In this document: positions 1-12,121 of the stretch, piece after piece
Layout of the letters: the number at the start of each line of letters is the position of its first letter
Position numbering within the stretch: position 1 is the first letter of the stretch
Source: Callorhinchus milii
Taxonomy: Eukaryota
NCBI RefSeq assembly: GCF_018977255.1
Contig: NW_024704743.1
Coordinates: forward strand, 91,452,001-91,516,000
Reading direction: 5' to 3'
Length of the DNA: 64,000 nucleotides
The notes under the pieces: generated by a model
Told to the model about the DNA's origin: nothing
The model's database searches: none
What the model saw: the letters and a program-made list of their open reading frames with translations, nothing else
Program-made: the position numbers and the translations under genes

Positions 1-904
1 CATCTGAAATGGAATGCGCAATTTCTCCCCAGAAGGACAAATCCTGCTTACCAAAGTCAGAGGCAATAAGTAGAGGGGTGACAAGCGATGAAAAAAAGAA
101 ACAGGGGAGAGGAAGAAATGAGATTATTAAGCACAGGTTGGCGAGAGCCAAGACTTGGGGACCCAAGAGTAGACATTAGGCTACTGGAGCTTTATCACCT
201 AAAACCATCACTGGTTTTAGTTTGTGAACTTATGATGTGAGATACTGCATCACGTATTGGTGTTTCTGAAGTATCTTTGACCATCACAATTTTTGCCTCA
301 TAAAGACTTTGTGAGCCAGCCCAGGCTTGGTGGGCAGAATGGCCTCCTTCTGCGCTGTATATTTCTATTAAGAACTGCGGAAAAAGATCTTCTGAATCAA
401 GAATGAATTTGGGTTGATCACAATACAGGGTGATCTTAAATTTCAAAACAATTTTTTTTTACAGGCTAAGACCGGTGGAATTTAAGCTCTCAATACTTTT
501 ACATATGAGCAGATGGTTTGCCTTTCTCACTGAAATGGACCATTTATAAAACTGTAACAGCAGGTTTCCAGAAATACACAAGTCTGTTCTTTTAACTAAC
601 GATACTTGGTGGTGAAACCAGATGTATGGAAGGAATCTTTTGGGAAATTGTATGGGATGTTTGGATGGACAGAAGTAGAAGAAAAGTATTGTTTCCATTA
701 ACAGCTAGCCTACGCGTCCCACCTTTCTGAATGACGTATCATGGAGAGAACATCTATTGTATAAAACATTGTTCTAAACATCTGAAACAGGAAGATGGAT
801 AGGAACACAAACCCACAAGATAAATTTTCAAGTTCCAGCAATGAAAGACTCTCACTGCTAGCTCCCAACACTGAATTCTGACGGATAACCAGCACACTAC
901 TTAC

Positions 905-925
905 ATCACTTTAAAATCAGAGTGT
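905..925 (-). CDS. Candidate 21-nt frame-preserving RALYL microexon, (G)HSDFKV(I/M)
   Basis: The minus strand reads ctttgtactttggttgctag|ACACTCTGATTTTAAAGTGAT|gtaagt. It is open in phase 2, which is compatible with the exon ending at 12122. No homology support. Confidence 0.25.
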
Positions 926-1709
926 CTAGCAACCAAAGTACAAAGAGCTTGTTTGCAACAAATCACAGTAAAGTCACACTTCAGAATATTTCTCTTTTTG
1001 AATATGTATTTTGCAAAAATAGCTAGGAATGCTATTTCCCACAGTGGAATCTGTTTACATGTTTGCGAAAACTGTCACAAGCTTGCAATTGATGCACAAC
1101 TTGTCATAAGTGAGACTCAAAACGGCACAGCTTTTGGTGCATTTTGGCTAAGAAATGGTGCATTTTGGTTAAGAATCCTGAAGGAGGTCAGTCATTATAT
1201 TGTTACAAGCACAAGTTAGTATTTATATTGTTACAGGGTACAAGTCCAGCTCTTCTTGGGGTCCAGAGCGACAGGAAATCAGAGGGTCAGAAGCAACAAA
1301 TAGACAGGGCGAGAAGTAATGGGAGAAAAGAAACAGCAGTGAGGAAGAACTGACCAAACAAAACAACACCAGAAGAATCAGAAAACAAGAGGCTGGCAGA
1401 GACAGGCTGGATTGATGGACTGGATTTGACCACCTTGTATTTTTCCCAGTCTATTAACGATATACAATCTACATTGATTTATTATAGACAACCAGTTAAA
1501 AGACTTGAAAAGATTCATGGGCCTGACATGCCTTTGTCCAGCTGCAATAAACAACCTCTGACATTCAGGAAGGTCTTGTTCCCCTGGAAATGCATAATTT
1601 ATTATCTATCTCTTTTTCAGTTGTCTGCATCTTACGGTGTTCTTTTGCTTCCTATGTTTTCTGTTCTCTCTCTCTTTTCCTCTCATCTTCTTTCTCCTAT
1701 CAATATTTG

Positions 1710-2100
1710 TGTGTCAAGCTGGTTGAGTTGCTTGCACTCTTGCTTCTGAGTCATAAGGTTGTGGTTTCAAGTGATGTGGAGACTTGGAACCCATACAGTC
1801 AGTCTATGCTGAAACTCCACTGCTGGGCTGTATTGTCATGACATGTGGATGAGATGTCAAACCATCTGTCTGCCCAGATAAGCATAAAAGATCCTACAGC
1901 ATTGTTTGAAAAGAGAAAGGAGTTTCTCCTGGTGCCCTGGACAATAATCCCCCAATTAAAATGTGTCACTTGTTCCATGACTGCCGCGTTTGCCCACAGA
2001 ATAAGCACAGTCACACCATTTTACAGTATAACCTGTAATAGGCTTTCAGACATCTCGATGATGTGATAGACATTATATCAAATGCAAGGATTATTACTAT
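1710..2100 (+). mobile_element. Older Deu-domain tRNA-SINE (SacSINE1-like), near full length
   Basis: Decayed tRNA head, Deu core (aaagatcctacagcattgtttgaaaagagaaaggagtttctcctggtgccctgg), and the 3' tail tatcaaatgcaaggattattac. Confidence 0.75.
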
Positions 2101-2606
2101 GATGGGCTAATTTTGTGTTTAAAGTTGGCATTTTAATGTTCTTTACCTGCTCTGCCTGTTCTTTGTGCATTTTCTTTTACACATCAAGCCTGCATTGTGA
2201 AATAAAACAACCTTCCAGATTAAAAGTAACAAAAAAATGCTGAAGGGAACTAGCTTGGCTCAATGAAAGGACTGTGCTGTGGACTTGTTACCATGGTAAT
2301 CATACCACTCTACCCGCTAATGCTACTGTAAAATCAGCAGATATTCAAAAAAAGATCCATTGCAGTAAGAATGATCTTGCTTTAGATGCTTTTACTTTCT
2401 CTAGGGTATCTGGAATTTGTACTATTTGAAGACCAGCATGGTCAAATGGCAGGAAGTAATACGCTCCCAGCTCTCTGCTAATGGTCTTCTGTAAAATCCT
2501 GCAAATTACACTTAGCACTGACTCTGAGATACTACGTCTGCTTGAAGGATGCTATATGAATGCAAGCTGTTGGCCCACGGGTACTTGACAGCCAGATCCA
2601 AAATCT

Positions 2607-2880
2607 ACAACAACAACTTGCATTTATATAGCACCTTTCACTGAGAGCAGGATCTCAGAGCTCGTAACAGTGGAGGAGCTTGATGCCGAGCTGGAGAGAG
2701 GGAGAGGAGGTGATCATAGGCACGGTCGAAGTGGAAGATTTTCAGGTGTGATCTGAAGGCTGACAAGGAGGGGGCAAGAGGAATGGATTGAGGCAGGGAG
2801 TTTCAGAGTTTTGGGGTATAGTGGCTGGAAGCATGGCCCTCGATGGTGGAGCAGAGAGGAAGCAGGATGTGCAGAAAACT
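2607..2880 (-). mobile_element. L2-clade LINE 3' fragment
   Basis: (CAA)n-cttgcatttatatagcacctttc tail followed by sequence similar to the other L2 3' ends in the window. Confidence 0.7.
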
Positions 2881-4366
2881 AACTCACAATGAGCAGAACC
2901 ACCATGTGTGCAACAGCTCCAGAGACAAGTTTGTGCAGCACAAAGCCGGCAATGATTTAAACATTTGGCATGATAACGCTACACTTGTGCAGGGTGGTCA
3001 GAAATGGATCTGCCCATTTTCTCAAAGCAAATCTAAATTAAACCAAAATGTTATAGTGTTTTAACCACTTGAATTGACCAAATTGACCATTTGGGTTAAT
3101 TTGGGCAAAGAAACAAGGACATCAAAATGGCCATAAAATGAATATAATGGTCATTATGCCAACAAACACATAGGTTTGAATACTTTATTTTCGAAATCTA
3201 TTTACACCAATAAAATCATCGTCAGTCCAGCAAAAATCGTGATCTGATAATATCCATCCTTATTGCATCCTTCAAAGAGCTAAATGTATCATGTCAAAAA
3301 TCAGATAAGAGATCTTCCATTTGGATAAATCTGAATAAGCAGCGATTCCTAATATTATTCAAAACCTGCTTCCATTGTTGCTCACTCCCATGCTAATATT
3401 GATATTAAATCTTACAATGCAATCTTAGTGAGACATGTAGCACAAAACATCGGGAATTGCACAGGACACAAAGTAAATCATTTTGAGGAATGTTTTTTGT
3501 TTTGAAGATACATTACTACTGCAATTTTATTGTCAATGTGGGATATATCTAGCACCTAGTATGTATCAATCTCCCAGCCTAAGGAGAGTGTAACAATATG
3601 AATTACTGACAACGGGATTGAAAACAAAATCAGAGACTGGTATTGTAATCTGTCAGATGTAAACAATAACATAAGGAGAGCATCAAAATCATACTCTTCC
3701 TGATGCATTGATGGGTAGATAGTCCACTATAGATTTACCCTATTTATGTATTATTTGAACATACAGAATTTGTCAAACTCTTAAATACAACTTAATTTGG
3801 GAAAACAAACTTCAAAGTTAAAGCTGAATTCAACAATTTGCCAAAAGTCTGGTTGCTCTAAAACACTATATAAACAGAATAAATCTAGACCTAGGTGCAA
3901 TTTCTCTCCACATGTTCCTTCATTATCGCTGGTGGCACGGAAATTGCAGTTGATAATGTGCCCTTTTAAACCTTTCTTTAATGACAGTTTTGAGACTAAC
4001 CCTTGCCCAAGGCTTCTCAGAGCTAGTTTGGTCACTATTGTTTTTTTTATTACATTTTTGGAGCGATGTGATAATTCGGAATCACTGGAATAGTATTTTT
4101 AACTTTAAAATTTTATTTTCAAAATTTATTTTTATCATCAGTTGCTGGCAGAGGTTTCGAGTGCGAAAGAGTGATGACGTGTTTTTGGCTTGGCTGTTGC
4201 ACACTCTACTGATAGCTCCTGTCCAAACTCACATGGAGAATGGCCAATTGGGACAATTACCAGAGTGTGATCAGGGCCTGCAAGAGTCATTGCATTTAAA
4301 AAGTAATAGACCTAAAGGCAAGGAAACACAATTGTGATCCAAGAATAGATTTCTCCAGAATATTTT

Positions 4367-4520
4367 CATAGAATCATAGAATTATACAGCACAGAAGGGG
4401 GCCATTCGGTCCATTATATCTGTGCCGGCTCTTTGAACAGAGCTACTCAAATCAATCCCACTTCCCCGCTCTTTTCCCTTAGCCATGCAAACTTGTCCTC
4501 CCCAAATAATTATCTATTTT
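4367..4520 (-). mobile_element. CR1-clade LINE 3' end
   Basis: catagaatcatagaat octamer tail followed by tacagcacagaagggggccattcgg, typical of a fish/shark CR1 3' UTR. Confidence 0.65.
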
Positions 4521-4627
4521 ATTGGAATTAAACTTATTTCAACAAGAAGCCCTTGTTGAGAAGGACAGAGATGGGCCTCAATGGTTCATTGAAAAAGGTC
4601 AGATGATATAGTCAGCTGCCTTATATA

Positions 4628-4808
4628 ACAACAACAACTTGCATTTATATAGCGCCCTCCATGCGGGGTAGGGTCCCGAAGCACTTGATAGTGGTGGAGT
4701 CTGACCCCGTGCCAAGGGGAGGTGACTGTAAACACGATCAAAAAAGGTCTTCAGGCGGGATTTGAAAGTGGGGAGAGGGGGGCAAGGCAGAGGGATTGTG
4801 GGAGGGTG
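4628..4808 (-). mobile_element. L2 LINE 3' fragment
   Basis: (CAA)n-cttgcatttatatagcgcc tail and similarity to the 2607 copy. Confidence 0.65.
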
Positions 4809-5244
4809 ATGTCAACAAATGTGACTGCATCTGCATGCTGCAAACAGGAAACTACAACTGCTCTTGCGAGGTTTCCTGTTGCTGAATATAGGGAGCCCTT
4901 CTGTGCCCATGCACTGGAGGTGAACCGCATGGTGCAACCATGTTATAAACAGACCCATGTTTATAGCAGTAAACTCAGCATATCAAAGTGTACCACATGG
5001 TGAATCATGTTATACCACTATACCCAGTGTACTAGAGCGGAGTATTGTAATAACAGGTCCAATTGTACAAAGTTCTAAACTCCCCAGATGAAATTTTCTT
5101 AATATAATTCTGAATATATTATGAGGATCAAAATAATAACATTGATGATATTTTGTATTATGAAATCAAAATAATAATACCAATGAATGTGAAATATCAT
5201 TGGTGCTAATTATCACATCAAATAAAATAGTAGTCATTGGTTAT

Positions 5245-5934
5245 CAACAACAACAACAAAATTACATTTGTATAGCGCCTTTCATGTCAGGAGGACGTCC
5301 CAAGGCGCTGGACGGACAGAGTTTCGGACCCAAGCTGGGGGGTCGGGATCAGGGAGGGTGGATGGCAGAGGGGGAGGCGGGGAGATCAAAAGCACGGTTG
5401 AAGAGAAGGGTCTTGAGATGGGTCTTGAAGGAGGGAAGGAATCAGGCGAAGCGGAGAGACTGTGGAATGGAGTTCCAGAGGGTGGGGGCAGAGTGGCAGG
5501 CGGCCCACCCGCCAGTAGCAGAGCGAGCGGGGGGAACGAGCAGGATGGTAGGGGGTTAGGAGGTTGCAGAGGTAGGGGGTAGTAAGGCTATGGAGGGCTT
5601 TGAAAGTGAGGAGCAGGATCTTGAACTGTATCCTCTGTGTGATGGGAAGCCGGTGGAGTCGGGCAAGTACAGGGTTCACGGATTCTGATGTGGGAGGGGA
5701 CACGGGCTGCAGAGTTCTGGATGATCTGCAGCCTATGGAGGAGTTAGGGAGGCCGACAAGCAGGGAGTTTGCAAGCCTCGATGTAATGAAAGCGTGTATG
5801 AGGGTTTTAGCGGCCTGCGGTGTGAGACAGTGGCGGAGCCGGGCGATGTTATGGAGGTGGGGGAAGGCAGAGTGGGTCATAGCACAGATGTGGGGTAGAA
5901 AGGATAGTTAAGGGTCAAACAAGACCCCAAGGTC
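5245..5934 (-). mobile_element. L2 LINE, 5'-truncated, ORF2 C-terminal remnant
   Basis: The minus-strand ORF contains HLHNIARLRHCLTPQAAKTLIHAFITSRL...LARLHRLPITQRIQFKILLLTFKALH, characteristic of the L2 ORF2 C-terminus. (TTG)n tail. Confidence 0.9.
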
Positions 5935-6066
5935 TTACCAAAAACATGTCTACTAATACCAAAAACTACTATCACTGGTTGGTGGATGGAGGGGCTGGAT
6001 TTGGGGGTTGGATTTATCTTTGAAGACATTAGCAAACTGATTGCTTTTGACTGAATTTCTGGTTGG

Positions 6067-6251
6067 TGTGATAATTATTGCTGGTGGTATCACCATATGC
6101 CAATGTGACAATTGTCACCAGTGATAGTATTGTATCCCAACATGATAATTATCGCGAGTGATATTACTATATGCTGATGTGATAATTAGCACTAATGATA
6201 GTACCATATGCGGCTGTTACATTTAGCGCTGGTGATATAATTGTATGCTAC
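6067..6251. repeat. Diverged 37-bp tandem repeat, 5 copies
   Basis: Units start at 6067, 6104, 6141, 6178 and 6215. Consensus is approximately tgtgataattagcgctggtgatagtaccatatgc. No indels between units. Confidence 0.8.
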
Positions 6252-7164
6252 AATTTCGACCTCTACGTTCCTTTCTTACAATAATCAGGTTAAAAATCTT
6301 CAGCAACATAAGGGTAAGTCCCCTGACACTGGTTATTTCCATAGGTATTAATAATTCAGCTCTCAGTAAAGCTATTAGAATTACATCAGTAAATTAATTC
6401 ATGTGGATAATATAATTCTCATTCTGTGCACTAAATATTTAAATGCTGCTTTTGTGTCCAGGATGCTAATGCATGGCAATGTGGAAAACAACAAATAAAC
6501 CAAAACTTTGGAAGTAACAGACTTCTGCCTGGCTTCCCAATCATCTCCCAAGCTAACATTTTTAAAAATGTGTCCTGCTGTGCTGTAAATATTTAGTTCA
6601 ATGCCATTCCTAAAAATTATGATGGCTCAGCTGCAACTTGTTAAAAAGATTGTTTTAATCTAGTCAGAAAAAGTCACAGTTGGCTCATCAAACAGCTGGC
6701 CTGCAGCAAACCTACAGCAGCTTTTGAAAGGGAATTTGAAAAAGGAAAAAAGAAAAGGATATGGGAAAATTATTTTCCCAACATTTGTTTATTTCTTGTT
6801 TCATACAAGAATAGGGAGTACTTTGCAAACAATGTTGTTTGTACCTAACTCTCTATGTCTTAATCAAATCAAGATCTGCTCTTCCCCTACACAAAAAATC
6901 AGAATCACTACATTTTACAATATATCCTGTGAAAGGCTTTGGGACGTTCTCCCAACATGAAGGCCGCTATACCAAATGTACACATTATTACTATTATTAT
7001 CATTTGTAACGTTTCTGAACTTGATTCACTGAATGAGGGTATGAGAAGAGAAAAGGAAATTTGAATGCCTCATGCAAAACAAGATCAGAATTCCCTTCAC
7101 CCCTAATCCAAAATCTTACATATACACTCAACACACATAGACACACAACCATCACATTCTCCAT

Positions 7165-7189
7165 GTACACACATACACACACACACACA
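7165..7189. repeat. (CA)n microsatellite
   Basis: Direct reading. Confidence 0.85.
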
Positions 7190-7212
7190 AATAGACTACC
7201 ATCAAATATAAG

Positions 7213-7537
7213 TAATAATAATAATAATAATCCTTGCATTTGATATAGCGCTTTTCACGTCAGGAGGACGTCCCAAAGCGCTTCACAGAACACACTGTAA
7301 AGTGAATTGACTGTATATTTGTGGGCGAACGCGGCAGCCAATTGCGCACAGCAGTGTCCCACAAACAGTCGTAGATTGAAAATGACCAATTTAATTATTG
7401 TTTTTGGTTTTTTGGAGGGATTATTATTAGGCGTGTGGAGTAAGGAAACTTGCCCAAGGTTTCGACCTGCCTGGAATTGAACTCAGGTCTCTCACTTGCA
7501 AAGCGAGTGCTCTAACCACTGAGCTACAGGACTCCAC
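7213..7537 (-). mobile_element. Young full-length tRNA(Ala-like)-headed SINE with partial Deu domain and L2-type tail
   Basis: Minus strand: A box TAGCTCAGTGG, B box GTTCAATTCC, the Deu motif gggacactgctgtgcgcaattggctgccgcgttcgccc, and the tail gcgctatatcaaatgcaagg(ATT)n. Near-identical to the copies at 22.6, 41.4 and 57.1 kb. Confidence 0.92.
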
Positions 7538-8470
7538 GAAAAGAGTGAAAAAAGCCTTTCACAGGATATATTGTAATACAAAGTCCACTAACACTTTTAA
7601 AAGTGAGCTAAATGAAAAGGGATTAAAGTTATAGGACTACATACAGAGACATACATCAAACAGTATGGAACACTGGGAATGCTGTGCAGCAGGTAAGTGT
7701 TGAATAATTTATTGTTATTCTGGATTTTTTCTTTTTCAGTTGTGAATCTGTAGGTGTTAATCCAATCTGTACACGAGCTGAAAAGATTAGGTAATTTAGA
7801 GCAAATCCGTTACAGAATAAATAAAGCATGGACTACTGGAAAGTGACTTGATGGGCCAAATGGTCTTTTATTTTCTTTTTTCATAATATTTAACATTCCT
7901 ATGAAACTGGTCAAATAATTTTGCAATTATAAAATTTATTTTGCAGTGTTAAACATAACCCTATAACCATGGCAACGTCTGCTATAATATAATTTACAAG
8001 AGCGCCACGCTAACAATTTTCTTATGAGCAAATAATAAAGCATTGAATTTGAGCTCCTTAAACATCTTAAATGGATGCACAATCTAAAACAAATTATGCA
8101 AAGACAGGTTTCAATTGAAAATGATGCTCTATCTGGATCAATAGAAAAAGTAATAATTTATTGGTTTATTTTAATTTTTTTGATGTTCCAATGAAGTAAA
8201 GCACTTATGAAGTAAAATAGAACTGACTATTCCCTTTGTTTATTCTGTCCCTTAATGGGGAACATAACAATTTGAGTGTTTTTTCTCTTTCTTTCTGAAT
8301 CTGGTCATTTATTTCTAAACAGGTCAAGTCCAATCGGCCATTTTAATGAAGCTCACAGCATTGATACCAGAAAGATAATGGAGAAAAATTTTGTTAAGCA
8401 GGAGAAAGAGGGTATGGACATATTGAATTGATGCAAGGAATAAAATCCACAGAGCCGTAACACAGGTTAC

Positions 8471-8722
8471 GGCTCTGGAACTCTATCCCCCAGTGCCTTC
8501 GCCGCTTCCTCCCTTTCCTCCTTCAAGGCCGGTCTCAAGACCTTTCTCTTTGACCGTGCCTTCAGCTCCCCGCTCGACTCTCTACCCCCTCCTCGCTCCC
8601 TCCCTTCCCTCCCCTCACCCTGACCATTTCCCCTCTGCTCGGGTCCTGACCCAACTGTACAGCGCCTTGGGACGTCCTCCATGTGAAAGGCGCTCAATAA
8701 ATGGAATCTTGTTGTTGTTGTT
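8471..8722 (+). mobile_element. Young L2 3' end, about 250 bp
   Basis: ctctggaactc...tccttcaaggccggtctcaagacctttctctttgaccgtgccttc...(TTG)n. Highly similar to 36106-36368. Confidence 0.85.
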
Positions 8723-10559
8723 ATATACTGAACAACTTTTCATAAAGACAAAAACTTCCTTTAATAAAAGTTGGGTTTCTGCACACAGTATTTTGTTAAT
8801 CTGAGAGTAGTTTATTCCAAGGGAACAGACTGACATTTTGTGGATTCATATATCTTTTGATTAATTCATTTTCTTGTATCTGAAAAGCACAATTGGGACA
8901 CATAAAGAAAAGAATAGAATCTAAGTGCAAGAATCCAGCTGTGAAATCTATATGTTGTTAGGGGTTTGGTCATATCCTTGTATTTTTTGTAGTCACTCAG
9001 CAGTAGATTAAAGGCAATTCTTTCACCATTACAAGAAGCAACAAACTCTTGGAACAGTAAATTCCACTAGAATAATGAGACTCTCTTATCTTAAGAGTTA
9101 CTGAACGGTTTTCTAAAACCAATTTGACAAATGGAAATCACTAGAAAGAGACTTTGGATTACGTGCATGTATGAGTGAAGATTATTATGAGTAGGTTACT
9201 GCCGATAGACTGAAAGGTCACAATTTGATTTGTTTGTTTGGCTGTCACAATATTTACACAGACTATGTATCTTCCTGAAGGAAGAACCTTTATTTTGGAT
9301 CATGACATGCATAATTTTGCTAAGTTATCAAAGTAAAGGCAATTCTTTTCGACATGAAAGTTCTGCCCATAATCACACCATAACGGCTGAAGAGCAAGGA
9401 AATGCTAATATTCCCAATTCTTCAAAGGACTACAAAGACTTTGGGCAAATACTGGTACCAGCAGCATTGCACATGAACATAAATTGTCCACAGCAGTAAA
9501 GAGTCTTTCAAGTCTCTAACAATGTTAATGAACATTGAGCAGCTTTCAAAGTGGATTTACTGCTTATTTTGCCCTTGTCACAACTGACTTATATGACGTT
9601 CAGACTCACAGTGCTCCTGCTATTCTAGTTTTTTTCACACACCTTTTTGATAGGATAACGGTTGGTTAATCAACCATGTTAATTGTACATATGCAAAACT
9701 AATGTTTCAGCTTTTAACAGAGTGTACTCGAGGTGTCGATTCAATTACCCTCACTGTGAATTTTAAAACAATGGGCGTAAATGTGCAACTTTTGAAGTGC
9801 TCAATATGGTTAACTGTTCCCACTGCTAATTATCACAAGTTCAGAACTTGAGACTGTTTGCTGTTTAATACTATAAATGGCCCTGGGTTGCTCATCTTTC
9901 AAATTAGAATTGACAACTTTTTTATTTTGAAGCGAACATTTTTGTATTTTATATTATAGCGACTGAAGCAGCTTCTAATGTTTTTGTTTGATAGTTATGC
10001 TCTTGGATTGATCTGCTGAAGAGCAGTAAAAAACATGTTCTCCCCAGACAATTTTTCTTTACCCGACCGGATGGCCAAAGCCTCGGGCTTGAGGGAAATT
10101 TTTTAATCTCTTGGGGCAGAGCGTGAATTTAACCACTCTTTGGCACTTCAAGTCTGGAAGATAAATATTAAAGAAAAAAAATTATAAACCGTTCCAGAGG
10201 TTACAGTGTAAAGTATACAAATCCTCACTTCAAAATACTCAAAATGGGGGGAATGGGAGAAAAAACGTCAGTGAATGCAGTGGTTTATTGTTAAATAATG
10301 TGATTGTGCTCATCATTAGTACATCAAATGCTAAGAAGTTGTACCGCTCAATGTTACTCACTAATCTTTTGTTGAAGGGAGCGATTCTCACAGATGTCTT
10401 TCTCAAGGATCATGGTCAGGAATTCTATAACATGCTGCACCACAGATCTATGCCTATGATTTCACACCGATCCTGAGCTCAACGTACATTGTACGTAATT
10501 GTGTGGTTGCTGCTCTGGGTTTAGCACAATGAGAAACCTGTGCAGTGTCACTGAAATCT

Positions 10560-10683
10560 GTGAGCGTTTCGCTCACAAAATACAGTCAATCCACTTTACA
10601 GTATATCCTGTGAAGCGTTTGGAGAAGACTTGACAACATGATAAGAATCTATATCAAATATCAAATTATTATTATTATTATTA
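10560..10683 (+). mobile_element. SINE 3' tail fragment
   Basis: cactttacagtatatcctgtgaagcgtttgg...(ATT)n. Confidence 0.7.
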
Positions 10684-11424
10684 AATGGGAAAGTCAATGA
10701 AAATGCAAAAAAAAGTCTATGTAAACTCTTGGTTTGAATGTGGCCAGTACTTTGCTTTCGGGACATTTCTCAGCTGAGAAACGACTCAAAATGTCTGACG
10801 TAAGGTTTCAAAGCCAAAAGGTCAGCCATGCAATGTCTGTGCAGCCTTCCGGTTTTCAATGTATTGCAATTTCAATCGCAATCCGGAAGTCAGAATTAGC
10901 GCAGTGACTTGGGGTTTGCAAATACCGTGTTTTCAACCTTCTTGTCGTTTAGCGTCACCAATTGCAATCTTGTCCTAGGATACAAAGTTCTTTCCCATAT
11001 ATAGGTGGAAACCAATCAATTTCAGTCTCCAACTCACAAAGTTTACACACACGTCAGTGTGATCACAGCAGTAATGTTTGTACTGTGCATAAATAAATGA
11101 GATGAAGTTAAGTCCGTATGTTGAGTCAGTTCTGCAGGTTACAGATGTGCTACACAAAAATGCTGAAATAAACAGCAGAAATCATTGAAGGAAAGGATAA
11201 ACACCCAAACATTACAAAAAGAAACTCAAAATCTGCCATATTATAAATGATGACATATCTTAAACGCATGATAAATCAAATGTACACAGAAAAAAGATGC
11301 ATATTTGCTTGAGCGATAAACTGGGCTTTCCATTTAAAAATGTCCAACTTCTGGGTCATCAAGTCACTAACATCAGGTTCTGCACACTGTACATGGATGC
11401 ATACTCCACCTCACTGAGTCAGTT

Positions 11425-11570
11425 CGGAAACCTCCTACCCCGTCCTCCCTGCCCTCCATCCCTCCTGAACCCAACCCCCTGCTCGGGTTCAAATCCCTGA
11501 CCATCCAGCACCTTGGGATGTCCTCCTGATGTGAAAGGCGCTATACAAATGTAATTTGTTGTTGTTGTTG
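11425..11570 (+). mobile_element. L2 3' end fragment
   Basis: ttgggatgtcctcctgatgtgaaaggcgctatacaaatgtaat(TTG)n. Confidence 0.8.
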
Positions 11571-12121
11571 ATATTATGCTGGAAGCTGACATTACTTTGT
11601 GAAGGGAGTGACACAGCAGTGTGAGCTAATGGACTCAGACCACTGTGTTTTCAGCTTGGAAAGAAGAATGATTATCCTGGAAAATACACAGTCACTACAG
11701 TTCAAAGTAAATACCGGGAAGCGCTTTGAGATTTCCTCCTAACATGAAAGATGCTATATCAAGTGGAAGGATTATTATTATTATACCACAAATAAAAATA
11801 AAACCCTAAAAGAACTGCATTTTAAAAATGTATCCTTTAATTATGACAACAGATATCTTTGATAAGAAGTCGATTTAATTTCGTTATTACCAGAGATGGG
11901 ACAAAAATAACTAGTTATTTCCTGTGCGTGAATTTCACATTCATGCTGACAGCTTTGATGGAAGACGTATTTATATGAAATGTACTTTTGAACAAACCTA
12001 GGGCAATCTAAGTACGATTTTCAATGATAAGAACTTGGTGAACAGCATCTTTACAATACGCTATGAATAAAAATCTCTCAGAATATATTGATTGGAATGA
12101 CTTGGCAATGATGATACTTAC

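Noticed and set aside
1..900. Short minus-strand ORFs (195-446, 459-698, 710-895) as possible exons
   Set aside because: No resemblance to downstream RALYL sequence (GYxFDYDYYRDDFY) or to any protein I recognise, and no convincing paired splice sites.
6067..6251. 37-bp period reminiscent of CRISPR repeats
   Set aside because: Units are contiguous and diverged, with no unique spacers and no cas genes.
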